Shown: piece by piece, positions 16,815-25,966 of the stretch
Numbering within the stretch: position 1 is the stretch's first letter
Layout: each line of letters opens with the position of its first letter
The notes under the pieces: model-generated
Database searches by the model: none
Seen by the model: only the letters and a program-made list of their open reading frames with translations
Told to the model about the DNA's origin: nothing
Source: Nitrospinaceae bacterium
GTDB lineage: Bacteria > Nitrospinota > Nitrospinia > Nitrospinales > VA-1
Assembly (NCBI GenBank): GCA_029261655.1
Contig: JAJDAY010000030.1
Location: 4,068 to 68,067 of the forward strand
Direction: 5' to 3'
Length of the DNA stretch: 64,000 nt
Made by a program: the position numbers and the translations under genes

Positions 16815-19529
16815 ATGAATGATTTCTATCAATCCAATAAAGTTATCAGCGTCCGCTATAAATCCGGGATGCAGGAAAAATTCCTTTCCGCCATTGCTCC
16901 TGAATCATTTTCAGATTCGGACCTGAAAGACCCGCAAAAATTTTATCTGGAATTCAAAAATAGAATTCAAAAAATCATCGCTCTGGAAACTCAATCGCTT
17001 CAGGAAGAAGTCTTAAAGTCGGACAACTGTCATCTGATTTTATTGAAACGGACGGCGCTGGTAGACTCCGCCGTTCAGGCCGGTTTTCAAGCCGCTGTCT
17101 GGTTCAACAACCGGATCATGAAAAAGCAACTGGACCCAAAAGAGGTATCGGTCGCCATCGTCGCCAAGGGAGGATATGGCCGGGAAGAGATGTATTTTTG
17201 TTCCGATGTGGATCTGCAGATCGTCACCAAGTCCACCTCGGGGAAAGACAGTCTGGAAGCGGTGGACGAAATAAAAAAGCACTTTGAATATCTGTTTGTT
17301 TTTCAGGATATTTTCCCCAGGACAAAGAGCCAATCCTGTCATTCCGAAGCGACGGGAATGGTGGAAGAATTCCATGTCGGCCAACTGCCCGATTTTTTTT
17401 CCATGATGGAGCATCGATTCGTCACCGGAAACCCACTGGTGTATGCCGAATTCACGAGTTCCATCAAGACCGCCAGCCTCCTGCATCAGGATGAAATTTT
17501 GCAGTATTGCTTCAAACACAAAAAATATTATACCGTTAAAAACACCCTTTTTCAGCAGGAACCCAACGTCAAGGAGGAACTCAAGCGTCTTTATTGGGCG
17601 CTGGCCCTGGTGCGTCTCCGCCAAAACCTGAAACAGGCGAACCAGTTTGAACTCCTAAACGAACTATTTCGAATCAAGTTGTTGAGCAAAATCGCATTTA
17701 AAAAAATGCAAACTGCGTTCAATTTTTTATCCAAAGTACGATTGCTTTTGCATAGCGCCCAAAAGGGCGCTCATCTGGAAGTGTTGAGTTTTGAAGTCCG
17801 GGAAATAGTAGCGAAAGCCATGGGCTACGAGATTAAAGAGTTTTATAGAAAATATTTTTATAATGCCTGCCTGCCGCTGAAACGTTACAGCCGCAATCTT
17901 TTCTGGGAAAGCATGTCTCTCGATACAAAGAAAGTCGGCGAGTTGACCGGAGATTTCGCGCTCGATGCGGATAACCAGATAATCTTCAATAAAGACCCGG
18001 AAAAATTATCTGCCGAAAACCCGCAATGGATTTTTGAAGTTTTTGCCTGGGTGGGAGAAAAAAATCATCGGCTGTCTTATCCCATCACGCGCGCAATCGA
18101 GAATCGTTTGAGCCAGGCGGCCCCCATTTCTTTAGTTCCCGATGATAAAACAAAAGCCGAAATACAAAACTATTTTAAAAGAGTCATTGGGGGGGATCAT
18201 TTCTCTCGAGCCTTGCGTTTACTGCATGAGTTCGGGTTGTTGAGCGATTATTACATCCCTGATTTTAAAAATATCTGCGGCCAGCTGCAGGACATCTATG
18301 TTCACCGATTCCCGACGGACATACACATTCTGTCAGCTCTTGACGCCCTCAACCTGCTGGAAAGGCGTCAGGAAGTCGACCCGTTTCTCATCGATCTTTA
18401 TCATTCCTTAAAAGACAAAACCACGTTGAAACTGGCCGTCCTGTTACACGATATCGGCAAAGGCGCCATAAAAAAAGGCGAAATCGAGGAAGTTGTTGGC
18501 GCGGCCATGATTCCACGGATTCTGGCTGGACTGGGTTATTCGGGGGATTCCAAAAGGGTGGAAGACGTGGCCTATCTGGTCGAGAAACATTTAACCATGT
18601 ACGATTTGATGCTCCTCGACCCTGAAGACGACGACACCTTTGAGATGGTGTGGGATCTGGTGAATCAGGATGCGGAAAGATTAAAAATGCTGGTCCTTCT
18701 CACCTATGCGGACCGGGCCGGGACCAAAATGAAAATGTCGGCCTTGCAGATCGACCAGTTGAAATTATTTTATCACTACACGCTTCATCATAAACGGCAT
18801 GAGAATGTTTCCGAAGCCGTTAAACTGGAGTTTTTGCGGATGGTCCGACTTCCCAAGGACCTGCTTTCGCAATTGGAAATTTACAATGATTTTATTTCGT
18901 CAAACAAACCTTATGCGGCTGACTTTATGTTCCAGCCGGGACAACCTGCAGATCTGATCGTGTGCGCAAAGGACAGGAAAGAATTGTTGTACAATATCTC
19001 GACGTTGCTGGCTTTCAACCAGTTGAGCATTGTAGAAGCCAATATCCAGACCATGAAGGACAATGCTTTTGATGTGTTCAAGGTGGTCACGTCTTCAGGA
19101 GATCCCATGGACCACTCCAATTTTTATTCTTTCCAGAAACAGGTCATGGAGGATATCAGAAGGATTTTTGTCGATAAGGAGCCGGTATCTTCTGTTTTCA
19201 AGGATCGGGACTGGGTCACCCGGCGGGAAAAAAATCCATACAAAGACGTGAAACTCAAAGTAAAAATCATTGGGCGGGCGGTTGTCTTGACCACTTATGA
19301 TCTGGTCGGAACTTTTATGGCTGAAACCAGGGTGTTTTCCGAGTTAAATATGATCATTGATCGCGCCGTCGTTAATACCAGCCAGGGCGCGTCGTCCACT
19401 ATCTTTTACGTTCGTCCGAAGGATGTGCAACAAATCGTTCGTGATAAAAACCAGTTTGCTCTGAAAGTCAAAAATGCTTTACTCCCGCTGGTTGAATCGG
19501 AATCAGTGTTAAACCAGGGTTCTGTTTAA
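16815..19529 (+). CDS. glnD: GlnD-like PII uridylyltransferase / uridylyl-removing enzyme (NT + HD + ACT-like)
   Basis: NT motif AKGGYGREEM...SDVDL, EPNVKE, HD domain (LLHDIGKG, HL.M, LTYAD) and a C-terminal ACT-like region (DRKELLY...IVEANIQT...AFDVF). Divergent from the canonical sequence. Confidence 0.75.
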   Translation: MNDFYQSNKVISVRYKSGMQEKFLSAIAPESFSDSDLKDPQKFYLEFKNRIQKIIALETQSLQEEVLKSDNCHLILLKRTALVDSAVQAGFQAAVWFNNRIMKKQLDPKEVSVAIVAKGGYGREEMYFCSDVDLQIVTKSTSGKDSLEAVDEIKKHFEYLFVFQDIFPRTKSQSCHSEATGMVEEFHVGQLPDFFSMMEHRFVTGNPLVYAEFTSSIKTASLLHQDEILQYCFKHKKYYTVKNTLFQQEPNVKEELKRLYWALALVRLRQNLKQANQFELLNELFRIKLLSKIAFKKMQTAFNFLSKVRLLLHSAQKGAHLEVLSFEVREIVAKAMGYEIKEFYRKYFYNACLPLKRYSRNLFWESMSLDTKKVGELTGDFALDADNQIIFNKDPEKLSAENPQWIFEVFAWVGEKNHRLSYPITRAIENRLSQAAPISLVPDDKTKAEIQNYFKRVIGGDHFSRALRLLHEFGLLSDYYIPDFKNICGQLQDIYVHRFPTDIHILSALDALNLLERRQEVDPFLIDLYHSLKDKTTLKLAVLLHDIGKGAIKKGEIEEVVGAAMIPRILAGLGYSGDSKRVEDVAYLVEKHLTMYDLMLLDPEDDDTFEMVWDLVNQDAERLKMLVLLTYADRAGTKMKMSALQIDQLKLFYHYTLHHKRHENVSEAVKLEFLRMVRLPKDLLSQLEIYNDFISSNKPYAADFMFQPGQPADLIVCAKDRKELLYNISTLLAFNQLSIVEANIQTMKDNAFDVFKVVTSSGDPMDHSNFYSFQKQVMEDIRRIFVDKEPVSSVFKDRDWVTRREKNPYKDVKLKVKIIGRAVVLTTYDLVGTFMAETRVFSELNMIIDRAVVNTSQGASSTIFYVRPKDVQQIVRDKNQFALKVKNALLPLVESESVLNQGSV

Positions 19530-19582
19530 CTGTTGTGGAAAAACTATTTTTTTAACATCAATTTTTTTGGATTCGATCGACC

Positions 19583-20242
19583 ATGAGACCTATATATTTG
19601 CTGACACTGACCCCGCTATGGATTATTTTTCTGACAGTGGCCGCAACCGGCCTTGAAACGGCGACGGCTCTTTATCAAAAAGCCGCCCAGCTTGACAAGG
19701 ATGGTTTTTTAGAGGAGGCCGCCCTGACCTGGGAACAAGCGCTTCAGGCAAAGCCGGAAAAAGACCTGGAGACGCTGACCAAACTCAGGCTTTCCAGTGC
19801 CTATATAAAAATGGCGGAAATGGTCAAAGCCGTGGAAATTGGAAAAAGCCTGGTTCTTTCCCAGCCCGATCATTTCGACGCGCAGTTTCATTTGGGCAAT
19901 GCACAGGCAAAATTAAAAAACTTTCCTGATGCCATAGCGGCTTACAAAAAAACCATACAACTTAGGCCAGATGAGGGTTTGGGGTACATTGCCCTGGCCC
20001 TCGCCTATTTTGGCAATAGGAACCCTGATGCCGCGGTCGAACAACTACAGGAGGCAAAGAAAATTTTTAAAAAGAAAAAAAATATTTCCTGGTATCGGGA
20101 CGCACGAATCATGGTTCAACAAATCAAAGGATTCGCCCCTTATCCGCCTAATTTTTCCGACCTTTGGCTGGCAAACAATCTGGACCTTGTACGCAATACG
20201 TATGAAAAAAATGTTTTTGATCCAGAAGGCTTAATAAAGTAA
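19583..20242 (+). CDS. Exported TPR-repeat protein
   Basis: Signal peptide followed by TPR consensus repeats (AQFHLGNA...AIAAYKKTIQLRP). Confidence 0.85.
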   Translation: MRPIYLLTLTPLWIIFLTVAATGLETATALYQKAAQLDKDGFLEEAALTWEQALQAKPEKDLETLTKLRLSSAYIKMAEMVKAVEIGKSLVLSQPDHFDAQFHLGNAQAKLKNFPDAIAAYKKTIQLRPDEGLGYIALALAYFGNRNPDAAVEQLQEAKKIFKKKKNISWYRDARIMVQQIKGFAPYPPNFSDLWLANNLDLVRNTYEKNVFDPEGLIK

Positions 20243-20292
20243 GTCACTCAAAGCCCTTGTTTTCAGTCAGAGTTGGGTCGCGCAGGGTCCCA

Positions 20293-20312
20293 AGATTAAT
20301 AAAAATTAATCT
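20293..20312. promoter_or_regulatory. Perfect AT-rich palindrome, putative regulator binding site
   Basis: AGATTAAT-AAAA-ATTAATCT, located about 30 bp upstream of a TATAAT at 20343-20348. Confidence 0.45.
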
Positions 20313-20375
20313 GAGGTTAACTTTCATTTAATTTGAAAATTTTATAATTCCTTTAATACTTTTTCTTCTCCTTTT

Positions 20376-20425
20376 GGGGGGGCAGGTTCGATGCCACGAT
20401 CGTCCTGCCCCCTCCTCCTTTTTTT
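20376..20425 (+). terminator. Rho-independent terminator
   Basis: Stem GGGGGGGCAGG...CCTGCCCCCTCC followed by a T7 tract. Confidence 0.7.
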
Positions 20426-20629
20426 AGCCCTAACCTACGAAAATTTAGCTTTTTGCCTCATCGTCAATCACCATCCCCCTTGGCTCTCAGGCTGGGTCGC
20501 CTGGAGGGTAAAACCCGCTTATGTGATTTAAGTTCATATTTCCAGGAAAATGGGTTAAAATTAGGTTTCATTTGACTGGAAAGCATTTTTCTAGAAAGAG
20601 TTCGCCGTTGACCCCCGGTTTTTCTGCCC

Positions 20630-21145
20630 ATGCCCTCAATTAGCAAAAATCAATTGCAAAGGAATCAAAAAATATTGGGGCTTCTGCTCCTTTTCTTTTT
20701 TATGGTTTCCCCTGCCTCGGCCAACACCCTGAATCGCTTTGAATTGATGGACGGCAGTGTCATCCAGGGGGAGATTCTGTCCTTTTCCAAGGGCGTGTAC
20801 CGAATTCATTCAGATGCACTGGGTGCCATTGACCTGCCGGAGGAAAAAATCAGTGCGGTAAAACCCGTGCACAATTCAGGCTCCCAGGCAAAAAACAGCC
20901 GTCAGGGCGCGGTCACGGGCACTCAAAAAATTGATCAGATGCAGGACTTGTTATTGAGCGATCCTGAAACGGTCCGATTGATTGGGGAACTGCAAAATAA
21001 TCCCTCAGTGCAACAAATACTTGAAGATAAAGAACTCATGAAAGCCATTGCCGAGGGAAACCTCAACCGTCTGGGTGAAGACCCAAAAATTAAAGCTTTG
21101 ATGAATAATAAAACCATCGGGGAAATCTTAGAAAAAACCCAATAA
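20630..21145 (+). CDS. Exported hypothetical protein (small beta domain + STI1-like helical tail)
   Basis: Signal peptide ending ASA|N, then LMDGSVIQGEI and C-terminal DP/NP helical repeats. Confidence 0.7.
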   Translation: MPSISKNQLQRNQKILGLLLLFFFMVSPASANTLNRFELMDGSVIQGEILSFSKGVYRIHSDALGAIDLPEEKISAVKPVHNSGSQAKNSRQGAVTGTQKIDQMQDLLLSDPETVRLIGELQNNPSVQQILEDKELMKAIAEGNLNRLGEDPKIKALMNNKTIGEILEKTQ

Positions 21146-21205
21146 AATATTTGCCGGTCGAACCATCAGAAATACCGTGAACCCCTCCCAAGTATCGGAA
21201 ATAAT

Positions 21206-21790
21206 ATGCGCAAAAAATCGTCGAACAATATGGTCTGGATGGATCTGGAAATGACCGGTCTGGATCCTGAAAAAGAATTGATCATTGAAATCGCCACTCT
21301 GGTCACAGACGGAGAATTGAATATTCTCGAAGAAGGACCTTGCCTGGCCATCAAACAAAGCAATGCGATTTTATCGCGGATGGATGCCTGGAACACCACC
21401 ACGCATCAAGCGTCGGGGTTGACGGAACGTGTGATGAGTTCGAAAATTTCCTGCCGGGAAGCGGAAGAAGCCACACTCGACTTCATCAAACAATACTGCG
21501 CGCCGGAGACCGTGCCCCTGTGCGGCAACTCCATTGGTCAGGATAGGCGGTTTCTGGTCAAATACATGACAGAACTTCACGATTTTCTTCATTACCGCAG
21601 TGTCGATGTCACGACCATCAAGGAACTGATCAAACGCTGGTATCCCAAAGGCCCTAAATTTCCAAAGAAAAGCGGGGTTCATCTGGCCAGTGTCGATGTC
21701 AGGGAATCCCTTGATGAACTGATTTTTTACCGCAAACATTATATTTCCAATGGCGTGCCCCTCCCAACCACAAACGAGAAAATTTCCTGA
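21206..21790 (+). CDS. orn: Oligoribonuclease (DEDDh)
   Basis: Motifs WMDLEMTGLD, IIEIAT.VTD, LCGNSIGQDRRFL, HYRSVDV and H-x4-D. Confidence 0.95.
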   Translation: MRKKSSNNMVWMDLEMTGLDPEKELIIEIATLVTDGELNILEEGPCLAIKQSNAILSRMDAWNTTTHQASGLTERVMSSKISCREAEEATLDFIKQYCAPETVPLCGNSIGQDRRFLVKYMTELHDFLHYRSVDVTTIKELIKRWYPKGPKFPKKSGVHLASVDVRESLDELIFYRKHYISNGVPLPTTNEKIS

Positions 21791-21796
21791 GATATC

Positions 21797-22066
21797 ATGA
21801 ACAAAGGCGCAATTTTAACCATCGGGTTTCTAGTATTTGTCAGCTACATTTCATTCACGCTCATCTGGACGGGCAATAAATTTCAGTGCCATGCGTGCAT
21901 CGTTTTTAAAGACAGGGAAGTCTGTCAGACCGTCAAAGGAATGGAGAAACAGGAAACCATGATGACGGCTATCAGCACCGCCTGTGCAGGAGCCGCCAAC
22001 GGCATGACAGAATCCCTGGAGTGTCAGGCCAAACCTCCGACCAAAATGGAATGCAAGACGCTGTAG
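21797..22066 (+). CDS. Small membrane-anchored Cys-rich protein
   Basis: 89 aa with an N-terminal TM and six Cys. Starts 6 nt after the orn stop. Confidence 0.7.
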   Translation: MNKGAILTIGFLVFVSYISFTLIWTGNKFQCHACIVFKDREVCQTVKGMEKQETMMTAISTACAGAANGMTESLECQAKPPTKMECKTL

Positions 22067-22079
22067 ATAGAGATAAAAA

Positions 22080-22664
22080 TTAACTCCCCATCCCCATTTC
22101 TTCCGACAGTTGGTATTCCCGACAGATGAGTTCAGTGTCCGCCTGGCTCAGGTTTTCCTGAGTCAGTTCGCAGAAGAATTTTCCTTCACTCTTTTTTCGG
22201 TTATAGCGGCAGGTCCGGCACAGGCCAAAGGGCTTCATTCCATTTAACCGTTGCATCGTCTTTAAAGTTTTCTGGAGTCCTTCGGTCAACTGAATTTGCT
22301 CTGCTTCCGCCAATTCTGACCAAACCCTGAGCACCGTTTTCGAGGGCAGGGTTTCCCTCAAAAGCTTCCTTCCAACCTTCGTTACATTTAAATGAACGAT
22401 CCTGCCGTCTTTTTTGTCGGGGCTTTTCTGAATCAATCCCTTCCGTTCCAGAGCCATGAGCGTTTGCGACACCGTCCCCTTTGTCAGACCCAGATATTCC
22501 GTCACACCCAGGGGCGTGTTTGAATACCGATTCGCCTGATTCAGGAAATGCAGGGCATCCAGCTGAATAGGCTGAAGGTCATAATCGGCCCCTGCCTGGC
22601 GGGTTTCGGTGCGGAGCAGGTGGGATATTCGCTCGATATATTCGTGTAACAGTAAAGCGCTCAT
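22080..22664 (-). CDS. MarR family regulator with a C-terminal 4-Cys domain
   Basis: wHTH YLGLTKGTVSQTLMALERKGLI...DKKDGR, and a tail CRTC-x12-C-x15-C. Confidence 0.9.
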   Translation of the reverse strand: MSALLLHEYIERISHLLRTETRQAGADYDLQPIQLDALHFLNQANRYSNTPLGVTEYLGLTKGTVSQTLMALERKGLIQKSPDKKDGRIVHLNVTKVGRKLLRETLPSKTVLRVWSELAEAEQIQLTEGLQKTLKTMQRLNGMKPFGLCRTCRYNRKKSEGKFFCELTQENLSQADTELICREYQLSEEMGMGS

Positions 22665-22675
22665 AATAAATTATT

Positions 22676-22746
22676 GTATCGAATCAAAACTAATTTGACA
22701 AAACAATTATCATGAGATATATTTCAAATAGGTATCGACTCGATAC
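22676..22746. promoter_or_regulatory. Two putative MarR operators in the divergent promoter
   Basis: Perfect palindrome GTATCG-ACT-CGATAC (22732-22746) and a degenerate copy GTATCG-AAT-CAAAAC (22676-22690), with TTGACA between them. Confidence 0.65.
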
Positions 22747-22782
22747 AAAAAATAACTGGAATTATCTTAGGAGATCAATCGA

Positions 22783-23265
22783 ATGAAGCTTTTTTCAACA
22801 GTTTTAGCGGCGGTCATTTTATTTGTTTCTGCGTCTCCGGGTTACGCGGAAAAAGAGAAGGTCGATTACCCGGAGGGTTACCGTCAATGGGCGCATATTA
22901 AATCAATGCTCATTGAGCCTGGTCATCCACTGGAGAACCCTTTTCAGGGATTGCACCATGTGTACGGAAACAAATTGGCACTGGAAGGGCTTAAAAAGGG
23001 AAGTTTTCAGGATGGTTCGGTTCTGGTTTTTGATCTTTTGCAATACAGCCGGGGCGACCATGCCATTCAGGAAGGGGAGAGAAAGTTCATAGGTGTCATG
23101 CAAAAGGAAAAAAAGGGTTTCAGTGCGACCGGAGGATGGGGGTTTGAGGTGTTTCCGAAGGATAGCAAAACGGATCGTCTCGTGGCAGATGGCGGAAAAA
23201 GCTGTTTTACCTGTCATACCTCCCAGACAGATCGCGATTATGTGTTTACCCGATGGAGGAAGTGA
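22783..23265 (+). CDS. Cytochrome P460-family protein, cytochrome c'-beta type
   Basis: Signal peptide, P.GYRQW, HHVYGN, DGSVLVFD, TGGWGFE and a C-terminal CFTCH followed by DYVFT. Phe occupies the position of the P460 cross-linking Lys. Confidence 0.85.
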   Translation: MKLFSTVLAAVILFVSASPGYAEKEKVDYPEGYRQWAHIKSMLIEPGHPLENPFQGLHHVYGNKLALEGLKKGSFQDGSVLVFDLLQYSRGDHAIQEGERKFIGVMQKEKKGFSATGGWGFEVFPKDSKTDRLVADGGKSCFTCHTSQTDRDYVFTRWRK

Positions 23266-23398
23266 GTGTTAGGCCCCTCAATATACATGCCTGGAAAGGG
23301 ATTCACCGTTGCACTTGATTTATTGAGGAGGCCGAATTTGTTCGTTGGAAAATTTTGTAAATAAATATTTCATACTAAAAAAGAAAGGAATAGAAACA

Positions 23399-23632
23399 AT
23401 GAATAAAGCTATCTTTTATCATGCCGGATGCCCGGTTTGCGTCGAAGCGGAACAACGGTTTGTAACTGCCCTGAACCCATCGGATTATCAGGTGGAGGAA
23501 GTCAATTTGGGCAATGAAAAAGGCCGAATCAGCGAAGCAGAAAAGCTGGGGGTGACCTCCGTTCCCGCTCTGGTGATCGGTGGAACGCCTTTTCACATCA
23601 ACTTTGGAGCTTCCATCAACGACTTGAAATAG
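23399..23632 (+). CDS. Small thioredoxin/glutaredoxin-like protein
   Basis: RBS AAGGA, ATG 23399, HAGCPVC motif and the cis-Pro motif SVPAL. Confidence 0.85.
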   Translation: MNKAIFYHAGCPVCVEAEQRFVTALNPSDYQVEEVNLGNEKGRISEAEKLGVTSVPALVIGGTPFHINFGASINDLK

Positions 23633-23639
23633 GTTCAGG

Positions 23640-23676
23640 TGCATGACCAGGCGGGGCCTCTTGGTCTGGTCATGCA
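23640..23676. terminator. Hairpin between convergent genes
   Basis: Inverted repeat TGCATGACCAG...CTGGTCATGCA. Confidence 0.6.
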
Positions 23677-24762
23677 TTATCGTCCGATCAATCGACCCAT
23701 TTTTTCGAGGAAGATTTTCTTATCGAAAAGCCCCGCTCGTTGTTCGCACGAGGCCCGCATGGAAAGAGCCCGTTTTGGGTTCAGTTCGTGGACGGCCTCA
23801 ATCAGGTCTTCGGGGGAAGGATCGGCCGGGATCAAAATTCCCGTTTCTCCATGCACCAGCGTTTCCATGACTCCCCCTTCCGCAACTCCCAGCACGGGTT
23901 TTCCTGCCGCCAGAGATTCGACGGACGACATGCCAAAATCTTCTTCTCTTGGGATGTAGATACTGGCGATGGACTTTCCCAACAGATCTTTTAATCGATG
24001 GTCATCGACCGGGCCGGTGAAAGAGATGTTCTTGCTTCCTTCGGCTATTTTTCTCAACCTTTCAATCTCAGGCCCGGTCGAAGCTATGACGAGGCGTTTG
24101 TCGGGCATTTGATTGAAGGCTTTGATGATGATGTCCACCCGTTTTAAAGAGTCCAAACGGGCGAATGAAAAATAATAATCCTCCTGCCCCAGCCAGTTAA
24201 AGTTTTGCGTGTCGCAAGGCGGGTTAATGACGATGGAGTCTTTGTGTAAATATTGTTTGATTCTTTTTTGAATATTGCAAGAGTTGGCGACAACAACGTC
24301 CATCTTGTTGATCGCGGATTCGAACAACGGTTGAAAGCACAGGTTGAAGGCATGATGTTCCAGCCTCTGTAGGAAAGACAGGGAAGCCAGCCGGTAGTCC
24401 TTGAGGTCGTATAAGGAACGCGGAGGCGTGTGGCAATAATAGATATTTTTGCCGTCAGGATGGTTGTGTACGGCGAGCGGTGAATTCTGACCGCTGTATA
24501 TGACCGTTTGGTAATTTTTTAAAAATTTTGTTTTAAAACCGAAACTGGTAAGTCGTTTGACTGTCCGCCACCCCCACAAATGGGAGCGGATTTTAAGGTC
24601 AAAGAGTTTCCCCGTTAAGGTGCCAAGATCAAACCCCTGATCCGATTTTTCGCCAAAGGCCAGATCCAGGTCCAACCCCTGACAAAGGGTGTGGACCAGT
24701 CGCTCTCCGCCGCCTTTAAAGGCAAATGAATCATGGAGCACGATTGTTTTACCGCGATTCAT
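23677..24762 (-). CDS. GT4 glycosyltransferase (WbaZ/mannosyltransferase-like)
   Basis: Motifs GGGER, YCHTPPR, NS, KRVD and EDFGMSSVESLAAGKPV. Confidence 0.9.
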   Translation of the reverse strand: MNRGKTIVLHDSFAFKGGGERLVHTLCQGLDLDLAFGEKSDQGFDLGTLTGKLFDLKIRSHLWGWRTVKRLTSFGFKTKFLKNYQTVIYSGQNSPLAVHNHPDGKNIYYCHTPPRSLYDLKDYRLASLSFLQRLEHHAFNLCFQPLFESAINKMDVVVANSCNIQKRIKQYLHKDSIVINPPCDTQNFNWLGQEDYYFSFARLDSLKRVDIIIKAFNQMPDKRLVIASTGPEIERLRKIAEGSKNISFTGPVDDHRLKDLLGKSIASIYIPREEDFGMSSVESLAAGKPVLGVAEGGVMETLVHGETGILIPADPSPEDLIEAVHELNPKRALSMRASCEQRAGLFDKKIFLEKMGRLIGR

Positions 24763-25966
24763 CTTTTATTTTCCTTTCCTTCCAATACCAGGAAGCAATG
24801 CCCGACCCTAAAAAGACCAGCAAAAATGCTTCTGTGAATAGCGTTCCAATGGCCGCGCCCTTGGGGCCGTAAACGGGTATCAGCCAAAAGTTCAATGCCA
24901 TGTTCAACAGGGCGGCACTGACGGCGCAAAAAGCATAGTGGTTTTCCCGGTTGATGGCCAGGGCGGCCTGAGTCAGGACGATATTTGGGATCATAAAAAA
25001 TAAAGAAACCAACAACCAGAGGATCACCTGAGAACCGGGTTGGTAGTCCGAACCAAAACATAACCTGATGATGTCATCACCAAAAAGAATTCCTAGAGGA
25101 ACGATAATAAGGGTGAGGCCGCCCGCATAACAACTCAGTTTGACCGTCAGCTGAACAAAATTTTCAGGATCATTCGCGCGCAGACGAAGTTCCCGAAAAA
25201 AAACATTGGCAATGGGGAGCAGAATAAAAATCACGCCTTCCAGGGTTCTGGAGGCGGCGGCATAAAACCCGACTTCGCTTAAAGATTCGCCCAGGTGTCT
25301 CAACATGACGATGTCGATTTTGAAATAAATTAATGTCGCGATTTCGATGGTCAATAAGGCGGCAATGGAACGGTAGATTTTGGTGGCGGGTTTGATGATG
25401 AGAATTTTAAGAGAAACCAGACGTTGAAAAATAATGGCGATGATAAAACCCGTGATCCATCCGATGAATATCCATTCCAGCTGGAAGGACAAGAGAAAAA
25501 GAAAACTCACGACCCCAACAGCGGTCAAAGAACGAACGATGACCCGCCACCAGGCTTCCCGGTCAAAGTCTCCTTTTCCTTTCAGGACGGACGAAATAAA
25601 ATTGGCCGCAGTTCCAAGTCCGAATGCGAACATGGCAAGGGCCAGATAGGCATTGTCCTGAACAGGCAATAGAAAGATGACGAAAATTCCAAGTCCTGTG
25701 ACCATCAGGAGATGACCGAGAGCCGAGGGAAAAAGTTTCTCCGCTTTTAATGGCAGGGAAGAGGCGGTGAATTCGCGAAATATAAGGGTCCTGAAACCCC
25801 CGTCCTGGAGAATGGCGAAGAGAGCGGCCAGGGTGATGATATAGCTGTACCTGCCAAAAGTTTCCGGGCCGAACGATCGGGCCAGAAAAAATGTTATCAG
25901 CATGGAGATCGCGGCGACATAGACGGTGGCCAGCCATTGAACGCTTAACGACCGGGCCAATGTCAT
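24749..25966 (-). CDS. Polysaccharide flippase (Wzx-like)
   Basis: About 12 TM helices with ARSFGPETFG, KIDIVML, VGFYAAA and LIPVYG..GAAI. Confidence 0.88.
   Translation of the reverse strand: MTLARSLSVQWLATVYVAAISMLITFFLARSFGPETFGRYSYIITLAALFAILQDGGFRTLIFREFTASSLPLKAEKLFPSALGHLLMVTGLGIFVIFLLPVQDNAYLALAMFAFGLGTAANFISSVLKGKGDFDREAWWRVIVRSLTAVGVVSFLFLLSFQLEWIFIGWITGFIIAIIFQRLVSLKILIIKPATKIYRSIAALLTIEIATLIYFKIDIVMLRHLGESLSEVGFYAAASRTLEGVIFILLPIANVFFRELRLRANDPENFVQLTVKLSCYAGGLTLIIVPLGILFGDDIIRLCFGSDYQPGSQVILWLLVSLFFMIPNIVLTQAALAINRENHYAFCAVSAALLNMALNFWLIPVYGPKGAAIGTLFTEAFLLVFLGSGIASWYWKERKIKDESR

Noticed and set aside
20376-20400. GGTTCGATGCC resembling a tRNA T-loop
   Set aside because: No cloverleaf can be built. 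The sequence is part of a terminator hairpin.
22783-23265. Hydroxylamine-oxidising cytochrome P460 (cytL)
   Set aside because: The crosslinking Lys position appears to be Phe, so a c'-beta type is more likely.
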